From NCBI GenBank assembly GCA_021151835.1, contig JAGKWO010000007.1, positions 7,064 through 71,063 on the forward strand: a stretch of DNA of 64,000 nt, written 5' to 3'. Within the stretch, counting starts at the first letter, position 1. The number at the start of each line of letters is the position of its first letter. The notes beneath the pieces are model-generated. The model had not been told where the DNA came from. It saw only the letters and a list, made by a program, of their open reading frames with translations, and ran no database searches. Positions 37,878 to 48,600 of the stretch are shown here, piece after piece. The stretch comes from Gammaproteobacteria bacterium (lineage in GTDB: Bacteria > Pseudomonadota > Gammaproteobacteria > Pseudomonadales > Cellvibrionaceae). The translations under genes were made by a program, and so were the position numbers.

Positions 37878-40325
37878 ATGGAAATCATAAGAAAACTTTT
37901 CAGGCAGTCAGCACTTGTGCTCGGCGTTGGCTTAACACTGCATGCATCCAGCAGTGTTGCGGCGCGTTGTGAATATGTGATTCAAAACGAATGGGGCACC
38001 GGATTTGTTGCCGCCATCCGCATCACTAACGACACCAGTACCGCGATCAATGGCTGGTCCGTTAATTGGGCTTATACCGATGGCACCAAACGCACTGGTG
38101 GCTGGAATGCAAATTTCAGTGGTAGCAATCCTTATAAAGCGACGAGTGTGGGGTGGAATGATCGTATTAACCCGGGCAAAAGCGTTGAGATAGGCGTGCA
38201 GGGAAATAAAGGCGTGGCGAATAAGCCGGCGCAACGACCGCTAGTCACTGGTGGGGTCTGTTCCAATGCCTCCAGCGCGCAGTCGTCCCGCTCAAGCTCG
38301 CGTGTCAGTTCAAGCCTGCCGTCCAGCTCCAGTAGCGTCTTTGTGCAGTCTTCTACCAGTATTTCGCGTACATCCTCATCGACTTCTTCATCGTCATCGT
38401 CGTTTACCAGCAACTCCCATTATTCCTGGTCCAGTTCCAGCAGGGTTTCCTCCTCGTCCAGTATTTCATCGGGACCGAATACTGCGCCGGTCGCAGATAT
38501 ACAACTTTCCATCTATGGCCTAACGGTACAGGTCAGCGGCCGTGAGTCGACTGATGCGGATGGCCACAGTTTGCAATACACCATTGATTACGGCGATGGC
38601 AGTAGCATCCAATACCCGGAAGCCTGGCATACCTATCAACAGGCGGGTGAATACAACATCACCCTGACGGTGTCCGATGGTATAACCCAGGACACGAGGT
38701 CACAGGTGGTGACTGTAGAACCGGCGGCCGGGAACAAGGCTCCTATCGCGCGTCTTACGGTGGTGCGTGAGTATGATTCGCTACGTGGTCATGCAAGATC
38801 GTCTTATGACGAACAAAATACCCCACTGACATTCGAATGGGATTTTGGCGATGGTGCGTTCCCTGACGACGAGTGGGCGAGCGTAGCGGACTGCGACGGC
38901 CGTGCTGATACTACCCGCCGCTCGCGGCTCGTCACTCTGACAGTGAGCGATGGTGAATTGAAAGATACCCGCCAGGGTACTTTTGGCGGTCAGTGCGGCA
39001 GCATTTACGACGTACTGCCAACGGCTCGATTCACCTATCGTGTGGACGGCAATAAGGTGCTATTCGATGGCAGCACGTCAGTGTATGAGACTGGGTTTAG
39101 TTGGGATTTTGGTGATGGCACAACCGCTACCGGTTTACTGGCCTCCCATACCTATGCGGCGCCGGGTACTTATAACGTACGCCTGACTACTTCCGGTCCA
39201 AGCCTGTTTAGTAACTCGATTACCAAGGTTGTGGTTGTCGGCGCCGTGAGTAGCGCCAGCTCGTCGGCGCAATCCGCAGTTGCCAGCAGTTCGAGTGTAA
39301 CCAGCGAGGCATCCACCAGTGATGTGAGTTCCTCTGTGACTTACACGTCATGCCCGTCCGGTAGTTCGTCGCCGTCGTCGTTCGCGAGTTCTTGTGGATT
39401 CCCCTCGGTACCGTCATCCAGTAGTGCCGCTTATGTTGTTAGCAGCTCGTCCTCCAGCTACCCATCCGGATGGTCAGCGCCTTCTACATCAAGCAAGCGT
39501 CCTTCATCCTCAAGTAGCTCAAGCTCTTCCGGTCCTAATACGGCGCCGATTGCCCATTTGCAGCTAACTGCCCACGGGTTGACCGTGCAAGCCAGCGGCC
39601 GTAATTCCACTGATGCAGATGGCCATAAGTTGCAATACACCATTGATTTCGGGGATGGTAAATCCATCCAGTATCCGGAAGCGTGGCACACCTACAAACA
39701 AGCGGGTGAGTACACCATTACCCTCACGGTTTCTGATGGCATTACCCAGGACATTCAATCGCAGTTGGTGAGTGTTCAGGCTATCGCGGGCAATAGGGCT
39801 CCGATTGCGCGTTTGTCGATTTCATTGCACTCAGGAGGTATTGCCTTCGGCCGTCCTTCTTATGACTATGAAGGTGTTCCGTTAGCTTATGAATGGGATA
39901 TTGGCGATGGGACTTTTACCGACCGTGATGTCATTTACCTGAAGGGTTGCCCTGATTACGATGGGCTTTCGCGTTTGGTTACCCTGACGGTGAGTGATGG
40001 CGAACTCAAAGATACTATTCAAAAGACCACCACTACGACTTGTCACACACCGGTTGATAATCTGCCTATCCCTCTCTTTAGCTACGTTGTAGAGGGGAAT
40101 ACGATTTTTGTAGATGCCAGTGACTCCTATCGCGACGTAAGTTTTAGCTGGGATTTTGGTGATGGCACTACTGCTAACGGATTATTAGCAACGCACACTT
40201 ATGCTGCCCCGGGTACCTATAACGTCGAGTTATACGTAGCCGGGCAGGACATGTTTGGTGCCAGCATTACCAAGCAAGTGGTAATCGGGAGCAGTAGTTC
40301 GTCCGCCTCGTCATCCGGGCAGTAA
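37878..40325 (+). CDS. Secreted CBM2 + poly-Ser + duplicated PKD-repeat protein, no recognisable catalytic domain
   Basis: Signal peptide; CBM2 (CEYVIQNEWGTGF...GWSVNW...C); Ser linkers; two copies of a module with three (W/I)D(F/Y/I)GDG PKD motifs. Confidence 0.85.
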   Translation: MEIIRKLFRQSALVLGVGLTLHASSSVAARCEYVIQNEWGTGFVAAIRITNDTSTAINGWSVNWAYTDGTKRTGGWNANFSGSNPYKATSVGWNDRINPGKSVEIGVQGNKGVANKPAQRPLVTGGVCSNASSAQSSRSSSRVSSSLPSSSSSVFVQSSTSISRTSSSTSSSSSSFTSNSHYSWSSSSRVSSSSSISSGPNTAPVADIQLSIYGLTVQVSGRESTDADGHSLQYTIDYGDGSSIQYPEAWHTYQQAGEYNITLTVSDGITQDTRSQVVTVEPAAGNKAPIARLTVVREYDSLRGHARSSYDEQNTPLTFEWDFGDGAFPDDEWASVADCDGRADTTRRSRLVTLTVSDGELKDTRQGTFGGQCGSIYDVLPTARFTYRVDGNKVLFDGSTSVYETGFSWDFGDGTTATGLLASHTYAAPGTYNVRLTTSGPSLFSNSITKVVVVGAVSSASSSAQSAVASSSSVTSEASTSDVSSSVTYTSCPSGSSSPSSFASSCGFPSVPSSSSAAYVVSSSSSSYPSGWSAPSTSSKRPSSSSSSSSSGPNTAPIAHLQLTAHGLTVQASGRNSTDADGHKLQYTIDFGDGKSIQYPEAWHTYKQAGEYTITLTVSDGITQDIQSQLVSVQAIAGNRAPIARLSISLHSGGIAFGRPSYDYEGVPLAYEWDIGDGTFTDRDVIYLKGCPDYDGLSRLVTLTVSDGELKDTIQKTTTTTCHTPVDNLPIPLFSYVVEGNTIFVDASDSYRDVSFSWDFGDGTTANGLLATHTYAAPGTYNVELYVAGQDMFGASITKQVVIGSSSSSASSSGQ

Positions 40326-40379
40326 GTTGCTTTAATCAGGTGATGTACTAATTATCTGATTGAATAATTGCCCTGTTCA

Positions 40380-40420
40380 AAAACAAAACCCCGCCTTGAA
40401 AAGCGGGGTTTTGTTTTTTT
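40380..40420. terminator. Bidirectional rho-independent terminator
   Basis: aaaacaaaaCCCCGC-cttgaaaa-GCGGGGttttgttttt between convergent genes. Confidence 0.88.
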
Positions 40421-40433
40421 CGTCTAACCAGTA

Positions 40434-42083
40434 TTAACGGCAGGTCACCGTCGGGGTTTCAACGCTGCCGCCATTGGTATTGCCCTGGAAGCCAAATTCA
40501 ACGGTTTGGCCCGCGCCGATAGTATTGTTCCAGCCCAGGCCGGTGGCGTTGTACGGATTGCTTCCCGTCAAGGTCGTATTCCATGAACTGGTAATACGGT
40601 TGCTGCCGCTGTATTGCCAGGTTGCAGTCCAGCCGGATTTGGCACCGGTGCCGGAGTTGGTTACGCGAATGGCCCCGGTAAAGCCCGAGCCCCAGGAATT
40701 GGAAACCACATAGGTGCAACTCAAGCCACCGGTATTGTTGTTTATGCTGCTCGAACTGCTGGAGCTGACCGCAATACTGCTGGAGCTACGGGTGCTGGAA
40801 GGTGTGGCGCTGGATGTCGTGCCACCTTCAATTCCCCAGGGGGCCGGCAAGGCTGCACAACTGGTGCGGCCCACACAGCTTTGCTGGTTTTCCCAGCCCC
40901 AGCCAGAGGGCGTACTCACGCAAATCGGGTAGCGCGTGCCGTACCAGTTACAGTTGCTGCCGGTGTTGTTTACGGACGAAGAACTGCTGGAACGAATACT
41001 CGACGAGCCTGGTGCGGCAGACGATGGGATCGAAGAACTGCCCGGCACCACACTGGAACGTGAACTGCTGGATGAACTTTGGACAGCGCCAAAATGTGTC
41101 GCCAGGCGCGATGTTGCCTTAATACCGTTAGCACTGTTAATCAGGAAATTGCCCCAGGTACTGAGCGATCCCGCATTCCAATTGTTAGTAATATCCAGCG
41201 ATACACAACAACCGCCGTTACCGCTCCAGCTCCAGCCGATATAACCCACACCCAGATCCTGCGCGTATTGCATGATCGAGGCTTCATCGACATTGTTACC
41301 GTTATTTTCGGTACCAAATTCACCCACAATCAATGCGTAACCTTTGGCGCGGAAGGTGGAGAAATACTCCTGGATACGCGCCGCATTGTTGTAAACCTCG
41401 TACATGTGTACCGAGAAAACCACGTTTTTCAGCGGGTCGGCAGCAAAGATACTGGCGGCGTTATCGCGCATGATGTATTGCCAATCCTGCCCCCAGGCGG
41501 GTGCATCCACCATGATCTGGTGGGTTATACCGGCATTGCGGATAGTCTTGATCGCCGCAATGGTTTCATTGGTATACGTCGACGCTGAGGTATTGTTGCC
41601 ATAAGGTTCGTTGGCGATATTCACGATCACATAATCTTCCTGCCCGGCGATGGCCGCTTTGATATCCGAACTTGCCCAGTAATTGGCTGCATTGGAAATA
41701 TTGGTCGCTGCCGCCGATTCGCCGTAACCGGTAGAGTCGTGCACCTCCAGTACGCACACCAGTTTATTGGCCTTACATTGGCTGATGATATCGGCTACCA
41801 CACTGCCGCTGGTACGCGTCCATTGGGTGCCGTTGGCCAGCACTACACGCACCGAGTTCGCGCCGGTGGCGGCGATATCTTTCAACGCCTGGGTAGTGCG
41901 GTCTGGGTACCAGGCATGGGCATGGTTAATACCGCGGTAGATAAAGTTATTGCCCTTGGGGTCCAGGATCTGGGTGCCACTTACGCTCCAGCCTGCAAAG
42001 GCTGGCGAAACCAGGGTGGTGACCAGGGCCGCCAGGGCAGTTTTTTTCATTAGCGAGTTCTTGAGTGTGATCAGGTTTTTCAT
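40434..42083 (-). CDS. Secreted GH5 endo-1,4-beta-mannanase-like enzyme with CBM10 and CBM2
   Basis: RGINHAHAWY, EVHDSTG, NIANEP (acid/base), FSVHMY, VGEFG (nucleophile) and WSWSGN; CNWYG...WGWENQQSC CBM10; C-terminal CBM2; poly-Ser linkers. Confidence 0.92.
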   Translation of the reverse strand: MKNLITLKNSLMKKTALAALVTTLVSPAFAGWSVSGTQILDPKGNNFIYRGINHAHAWYPDRTTQALKDIAATGANSVRVVLANGTQWTRTSGSVVADIISQCKANKLVCVLEVHDSTGYGESAAATNISNAANYWASSDIKAAIAGQEDYVIVNIANEPYGNNTSASTYTNETIAAIKTIRNAGITHQIMVDAPAWGQDWQYIMRDNAASIFAADPLKNVVFSVHMYEVYNNAARIQEYFSTFRAKGYALIVGEFGTENNGNNVDEASIMQYAQDLGVGYIGWSWSGNGGCCVSLDITNNWNAGSLSTWGNFLINSANGIKATSRLATHFGAVQSSSSSSRSSVVPGSSSIPSSAAPGSSSIRSSSSSSVNNTGSNCNWYGTRYPICVSTPSGWGWENQQSCVGRTSCAALPAPWGIEGGTTSSATPSSTRSSSSIAVSSSSSSSINNNTGGLSCTYVVSNSWGSGFTGAIRVTNSGTGAKSGWTATWQYSGSNRITSSWNTTLTGSNPYNATGLGWNNTIGAGQTVEFGFQGNTNGGSVETPTVTCR

Positions 42084-42336
42084 GGTGTTTCCTTCTGGCA
42101 GCCGCAGGCCGTGGCCGGTCGGTGCTTATGATGGTTATTGTTATCAAATTGATGCCGGCAAATAGCCGGATACAATTCGGGTTTGGCGAAAAGTCGCGCC
42201 CCTGGATCTGCGAAGTTACAACGGGTTGGAATTATCAAACGGCGATTACCGCAACTTGTCCGGCGACCTGGACGGTGTTTCTGGAGAGAAAAATACCGTC
42301 AATGTTATTGTGATTGCGGCGGCCGGCTGCGTATTT

Positions 42337-42350
42337 TGTAATCGGTTACA
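42337..42350. promoter_or_regulatory. LacI-family-type operator upstream of the mannanase
   Basis: Near-perfect palindrome TGTAATCGGTTACA with central CG. Confidence 0.6.
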
Positions 42351-42501
42351 TAATATTCGTATCATCGTCTCAAAAACAAGGCGGTTTTAGCGAGGAATTA
42401 GGAGTAATAACGCACAGATTGATTCATTTTTAAAAATATTGATCGTATTTTTTAATAGGTGAAATTTTAATGTGATGATGAAAAGCAGGGTATGAGACCG
42501 G

Positions 42502-43221
42502 TTACAGTGTAAAGCGAAAAAAAGCATTAAGCGTTAATCGGCCCCGGCGGGGATCTGCGGGAAGCCCGCCCTGCGAATTGATATCGGCCGAATGCAATTG
42601 GTTACTGCGGTAAATTACCGCCCGGTTAAACCTGGCTTCCACCCGGGCGATCCGCTCAAACAGCGCGGTGCTGCCATTGATGTAAGTAAATTCGCGCCGG
42701 TCCTCGGCCATTACCTCCTGTTTCACCAACCGAAAATAATCCTGCAAGCGTGGCTGGGTAATGGATTCAAATCCCGTTGTACGATGGCGATAAAGTGAGG
42801 TACCGCCAAACTCCGGATCGCACAGGTATTGCACCAGTGCAAACTGGTTGGGGTCATGGGTATCAATATGGGGAATCGATTGGATCGGGCGCAATTGGCC
42901 GGGCAGCGTTGTTGTTAACGAAAAGGCGCACAGGCTCAATTCCATTTTCGCGTGCCCTGGTATTTTGAACCGGTTTTTTAGCAGCGGCTCAAGGGCGGTA
43001 AGGCAAGCGGCGGGATAATGACCGGTCACCGGTTTGCGCAGCCCCGGATAAAAGTCGCTCGCTTGCGCGCTAAACGCCGGCCCGGTTGTTGCCAGCTCAC
43101 GTAATTCCGCGGGCGCTCCTGCAAAATTATCAATAATCAGTAACGCATTTTTTTCGTTGCCGATCTGCGCACTGTGTAATGAAAAATCCGGATTAATTTC
43201 AGGCATAACCCAAGCGCTCAT
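42502..43221 (-). CDS. DUF6445-family protein (2OG-Fe(II) oxygenase-like)
   Basis: IIDNF, YPGLR, QSIPHID (HxD), GGTSLYRHR, FNRAVIY..LHS and GRLTLN motifs. Confidence 0.82.
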   Translation of the reverse strand: MSAWVMPEINPDFSLHSAQIGNEKNALLIIDNFAGAPAELRELATTGPAFSAQASDFYPGLRKPVTGHYPAACLTALEPLLKNRFKIPGHAKMELSLCAFSLTTTLPGQLRPIQSIPHIDTHDPNQFALVQYLCDPEFGGTSLYRHRTTGFESITQPRLQDYFRLVKQEVMAEDRREFTYINGSTALFERIARVEARFNRAVIYRSNQLHSADINSQGGLPADPRRGRLTLNAFFRFTL

Positions 43222-43909
43222 TTTTTTTCTGGATCAATGCATAAATTTGCCCGAGCGACGCGATCATGGTGTAAATCGGTTGCAGGTAATGTTGTGTTTG
43301 CAATTGCACTAACTGCTCGGTATTCAGTTGCGCGAGTCGATCTTCGTCAATGCTATACAACCCCTGCACGCGATATTCTTGCCGGTCAGCAAAAGCAATA
43401 TCCAGCGTTAATGGCACAATTAAATTTAACTCGCGCAGGGTGCGAATAAAATCGGTTGTTTTGGTTTCGCCATCCAGCAACTGCGCCAATTGGGATTTTA
43501 CCTGGTGCAGGTAAGTGGAATCTTTTCCCTGCGGGTCAAAGAGTGGTTCATGGTGAATGTCATTGGTAAGGCATGGACTCTGTGTATCAATGCAGATAAT
43601 GGTTTGGCCCGCTTCATTACCAACAAAAAACGGTTGGCGGCTGATGTTGAGTGGAACATAAATACTGTGCCATTGTTGATCTTGCCAAAATAAGTTTTCA
43701 TTTTTTGCAAAGCCCAGCAGGGCAACCGCGAGGAATTGGCCGGTGTCACTGCTTTTGGTAAAAACAATGGGATAGCTGACTACCAATTTTAAAAATTCAC
43801 TGAGCACCACTGGCACCATATGTTCCTGCGCACCTTGCGCCTCTATTTTGCTCGTATCAATGGTGATGGATTGGTGTAATTGGTTATGCAGTGCAACAAA
43901 TTGCGGCAT
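43199..43909 (-). CDS. SapC-family protein
   Basis: EF....YPIVF, ALLG..ENLF, YVP....QPF and GLYSIDE motifs. Confidence 0.88.
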   Translation of the reverse strand: MPQFVALHNQLHQSITIDTSKIEAQGAQEHMVPVVLSEFLKLVVSYPIVFTKSSDTGQFLAVALLGFAKNENLFWQDQQWHSIYVPLNISRQPFFVGNEAGQTIICIDTQSPCLTNDIHHEPLFDPQGKDSTYLHQVKSQLAQLLDGETKTTDFIRTLRELNLIVPLTLDIAFADRQEYRVQGLYSIDEDRLAQLNTEQLVQLQTQHYLQPIYTMIASLGQIYALIQKKNERLGYA

Positions 43910-43923
43910 GGGAAATTCCTGTG

Positions 43924-45477
43924 TTAAATCGTTTGTAACCCATATTCATAAATTTTATCGAGCAATTCGCGATTGCCAGGCAAACTACGGCTTGCGTGTG
44001 CGATGGCTTTTTGCGTTTTTAAAAACTGGCTGTGTGCAAATTCGTGATCCGTTACTAAATGGGCGTGGTTGCTAAAATCGGTTTCAAAACCCATACCGTA
44101 AAGCACGTATTGATAACTGGCGGCCGGGAATACTTCGTTGTTGCTGGAAAAATCCTGGTCACCAGGTGCCTGGTAGCGCCACAAATCCATTAGTTCCTGC
44201 AAGCTTGCAGGAATAGTGGAAGGGTCGCGATTGTCGATCCAGAAATTACTATCAGTGCGTTTGCTTAAAATGTAATGCAGTTTTAAAAAATCAATAATGC
44301 GGTGCCAGCGGTAGTGAAAGGTTTCGTTGAACCGTTTCGCCGTAATATCCATTATTGCGCGGCACGCCGGTAATTGTTCGGCAATAAATGTTGCCGACAA
44401 TTCCACTAACACTAACGCTGATGCTTCCAGGGGTTCCAGAAAACCGGCGGAGAGCCCTACAGCAACGCAATTGTTTTTCCAGAAAATTTCGCGGTGCCCG
44501 CAATGGATCGGAATTTTGCGCACGCTGGCCTGGTGGAATGCCGGGCCAATATAACGTTGCAATGCTTCCTGCGCGCGCTCTTCAGTCGTGTGGCGGCTGG
44601 AATAAACATGGCCAATCCCGCGCCGGTGGCGCAGGCCGATATCCCAAATCCAGCCCGCCGATTGCGCAGTAGAAATAGTGTGTGAAGCAATAGGCGAATT
44701 GTCGCGCTCGTAGGGAATTTGTGTAGCGAGCGCAGTATCGATAAATAACACGTCACTGTGGTCAATAAACGGCACCTGCAAATGCTGGCCTAACAATAAC
44801 GACGAAAAGCCGGTGCAATCGACAAATAAATCACCGGTAATACTCCCGGCCTGGGCGGTGGTAACAGAACGGATATCACCCTGATCGTTGGAATTGACAT
44901 GAATAACATCCGCAAGAATATGGCGCACCCCTAATTTCTCGACGCAATGGCGTTGCAGGAATTGCGAAAATTTTCCGGCGTTCAAATGGTAGGCGTAATT
45001 GGCGATTGAGCTGAATTCGGGTGTGCTAATCAATTTGGGTGCAAGGCCCTGTTCGCACAGTGCTTCCTGGAAACAAACTGTGGCGGAAAAAGATGCATTG
45101 TTAAATTGGTTGCGATTTTGCTGCCAATGGGCAACCAGGTTGGTTTTGCCAAATCCTTGCGGCAACATTAACGGGTGATAATAAAAATCGTCGCTGGCAC
45201 CGGTGGTCCAGCGCGCAAATTTGGCGCCCTGTTTAAATGATGCATCGCACTCGCGAATAAATTCGGTTTCGCTAATACCCAGTTTCATTAGCGTGGAGCG
45301 CATGGTAGGCCAGGTGCCTTCGCCGACACCGATAATGGGAATCGTGGGCGATTCAACCAGTGTGACCTGAATGGGACTGTTGGCATTAACGCGATGATGC
45401 GCGGCGATACGCCCGGCGGTAATCCAGCCCGCTGTCCCGCCACCAACGACAACAATGGATAAAACCGGTTTGTTCAT
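43924..45477 (-). CDS. Tryptophan-halogenase-family flavin-dependent halogenase
   Basis: GGGTAG, IGVGEGT, catalytic Lys in ASFKQG, WIWDI and FLEPLEAS motifs. Confidence 0.92.
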   Translation of the reverse strand: MNKPVLSIVVVGGGTAGWITAGRIAAHHRVNANSPIQVTLVESPTIPIIGVGEGTWPTMRSTLMKLGISETEFIRECDASFKQGAKFARWTTGASDDFYYHPLMLPQGFGKTNLVAHWQQNRNQFNNASFSATVCFQEALCEQGLAPKLISTPEFSSIANYAYHLNAGKFSQFLQRHCVEKLGVRHILADVIHVNSNDQGDIRSVTTAQAGSITGDLFVDCTGFSSLLLGQHLQVPFIDHSDVLFIDTALATQIPYERDNSPIASHTISTAQSAGWIWDIGLRHRRGIGHVYSSRHTTEERAQEALQRYIGPAFHQASVRKIPIHCGHREIFWKNNCVAVGLSAGFLEPLEASALVLVELSATFIAEQLPACRAIMDITAKRFNETFHYRWHRIIDFLKLHYILSKRTDSNFWIDNRDPSTIPASLQELMDLWRYQAPGDQDFSSNNEVFPAASYQYVLYGMGFETDFSNHAHLVTDHEFAHSQFLKTQKAIAHASRSLPGNRELLDKIYEYGLQTI

Positions 45478-45533
45478 CTTGATTACCTTTTTTATTTTTT
45501 CCTTAATATTTTTTTAATAATTGTTCGTTTAAT

Positions 45534-45561
45534 AAAAAGGGCCGTGCATTACGCAACGGCC
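45534..45561 (-). terminator. Hairpin/terminator after the TonB-dependent receptor
   Basis: Minus strand GGCCGTTGC-gtaa-TGCACGGCC followed by CTTTTT. Confidence 0.55.
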
Positions 45562-45641
45562 AGTTTCAGCGAACAGCAAACTATTTCCAAATATTTATCG
45601 GTACATTATCAATAGATGTTTGGAATCATTCTGTTTGAACC

Positions 45642-48600
45642 TTAAAAACTTGCGCGCAAACCCATTACCCAACGGCGGCCACTGTCTTCAATTAATAATA
45701 ATTGGTTTTCGTAACGCCCGCGTTTGTGTACATATTCTTCGGTGAGGTTAATGCCTTCTACAAATACGGTAAGTTCATCGGTGATGTCGTAGCTCGCACT
45801 TAAATCCCACTGCTCATAATCTTCCACCAGCGTGGGACCGTTACCATTGGTTTGCGTCAGCGATTGCACAAATTCGTCGCGCTGGTTGTAAGCCAAACGA
45901 ATTTGCACCGGCCCTTGCTCATAAAAACCCACGAGATTCATGGAATCACTCAAGCCGGTGAGTGCAAATACTTGCGTAACATCGGCGGGGTCCAGCTCTG
46001 CGTCACTATCTACCAGGGTCGCATTCAGCATCACACCGAAACCGCTTTCACCAAAGGTGTGTTGAATGCCTAATTCCAATCCATCGACAGTTGCCTCCTC
46101 ACCATTGGTAGGAATGGTATTTTTAAAGGTTGCTACCTTATCGCCTGCATCTGCTGCGCCCGTATTGGTGCCCGTAGACGGATCTAATAACAGGCTGCCA
46201 TCGGGCAACGTGAATGTTTTATCTTCCAGGGTATTGACGATAAAATTTGCCACATCTTTTTTGAAGTAACCGGCGGATACGTAACTCGCGTCGCCGTAAT
46301 ACCATTCCCATGACAAATCAAAATTGTCAGATTCAAAGGGTTTCAATTCCGCATTGCCGCTCGTGGAGGCAAGGTTGCCACCTTGGCGCGTAGTAGTAAT
46401 CACGGTGACCGGTGCCATGCTCGTTAAGGTCGGGCGAGTTAATGTTTTGGAGGCAGCAGCGCGCACAACCATCGTATCGGTGATATCCAGTTTGATGCTC
46501 ATGTTGGGTAAAATTGCATCGTAGCTATCATCAACATTCACGGCGCGCGCTGTACCATATTCGGCGAGCATTTCAGTTTCATCCAGGATGCGCAAACCGG
46601 TTACCGTTGCTTCAGTTCCACTCACGCTCACATCCGTGGATTCAATCCGCACACCGGCTGATGACGATATAGGCATACCGGCAACTTCACCGGCAAAATC
46701 CGATTCCAGATAAAACGCCAGGGTATCTTCTTCAACGATAAAAGAATTATCGCGTTTCACCGCGTCAAAATTTTTCCCGCTGATACTTTCAAGGTAAGCG
46801 AATTGTTTTTCGCCATCATGCGCCAGCCATTTGGTGGGCATGCGGCCGCTGCCGCTGACATCGCCGAGGAAATCATCACCTGCATCAAAAATATATTGCA
46901 TGTCGGCCGGAATAACCGGGGAGTCGGGATAACCGCAATACGTGCAGTGAATACCGACACCTTCATTGTCCCAGCGCTCCAATGCTTTTTCTTCGCTGGA
47001 AAATAATGCGCCGAATTTAATTTTTACCAACCCGGCATTGCTGCCTTCATCCCAGGTGCCATCCATTTTAAATTGATTTACTTCGTCATCCACCGCCCAG
47101 CCGCGCCGTAACATGACGTGCGCACGGCTATTGGATTTATCGAGGAAATCACTGACGCCGGCGGGCGGTTCATAATTGGGATCACTGGTGTCAAGATAAG
47201 CAACGTTATCCAACGCCTGTTGCCCGGAATAAATACCGGGGTTAGCCGTTTCAAAATCGCTGGCATACGGAAGGATGTTGTCATCCACTTGCAAACGAAC
47301 ACGGTTGAAATAACCAATCAATGACAATTGATCGCCGCCGCCGTTATTGGCGGCGCGTTCGGCATTGGAAAAGGTTGCATCAATATTCAGGTTTAAATTA
47401 TCGTTCACTTGCCAATCGGCATTTAATCCGAACAACGACGTTTCAGTGAGGCGATCAAATTTTTTCGCATGCATATCGGTGGCGAGGCCAGTGTCCTGGC
47501 GCAAATCGACAACGGTATTATTTTCATCGGTAGTTGCTTCGGTGATGTTCGGCGCTGTAAACCAATGGCCATAGGAAAGCGCGTTGGTTTCAATATCGAA
47601 ATCTGAATAGATTGCATCAGCAGTGAGCGTTAAATTGTCGCTGGCAGCAAATTGCAAAACCAAAGACGCGTTGGTGCGCGTGCGCTCTTCAAACGTTACT
47701 TTGTGATCGTAATTGCGCGGGGAAAAAATAGTGGAGCCAGCCGCAACTCCGGCGCCATTATTTAATTCTGCCCAGGGAATTCCCTGGTTAAGTGCCGGAT
47801 CGGCATTCGGTTTGAATTCCAGCCAGCCATCTACTTGCGCCTGGTTCAAGCGTGTTTCGCGTTCCTGGTGGGAAACTGCAAGCAGTACACCCAATTTTTC
47901 CTCATTGAAGGTATTGCTAATCAAACCGGAAATTTGTGGTGTAGTGTCCTCACTATTTTCTTCGTACGCGGCTTTCACACTGCCCGCGACTTTAAAACCT
48001 TTCATATCAAACGGCCGCGCGGTTTTTACATTGACGGTTGAACCGACGCCACCGGATTGCATGGCAGCGGTAGATGTTTTGTGCACTTCAAGGCCGCTTA
48101 CCAATTCTGACGCAACCGTATCAAAACTGAATGCACGCGATAAATTTTCAGTCGCCATCTGCCGGCCATTGATCAAGACTGTATTAAATTCCGGGCCAAA
48201 GCCGCGCACGGTAATTAATTGTCCTTCACCACCGGAACGGTCAATGGAAACACCGGTGATTCGCTGTAACGATTCGGCGAGGTTGGTGTCGGGGAATTTG
48301 CCAATGTCTTCAGATGAAATTGCATCGACAACACCACCGGCATCGCGTTTAACATCCATTGAGCGCTGCAAACTGCCGCGAATGCCGGTCACAATTAATT
48401 CTTCAACTTGCCCATTTGCTGCGGTTGATGTGGTTGTGTCTTGTGCAATCACTTGCGTGCCGACCATGGAAGTCAGTAAGCCGATAATTGCGCTGAGCTT
48501 ATTTTTATTGTGCATTGGGTCCAATTCCTCGTGAGTTTCAAGGGGCGTAATGGTCAACAGACCTTTCGCATCTATCGTCACACTGAGGTTGGTATTGGCG

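Noticed and set aside
43924-45477. Halogenase as part of the biosynthetic cluster (pyoluteorin-like halopyrrole)
   Set aside because: It is a Trp-halogenase-type enzyme in the common TBDR-SapC-DUF6445 context, about 7 kb from the LuxR, and not a PltA-type carrier-dependent halogenase. Cross-talk with an indole product cannot be excluded.
47713-48534. 273-aa plus-strand ORF, and similar long antisense ORFs such as 21527-22246
   Set aside because: Shadow ORFs antisense to well-supported genes, with no recognisable motifs.
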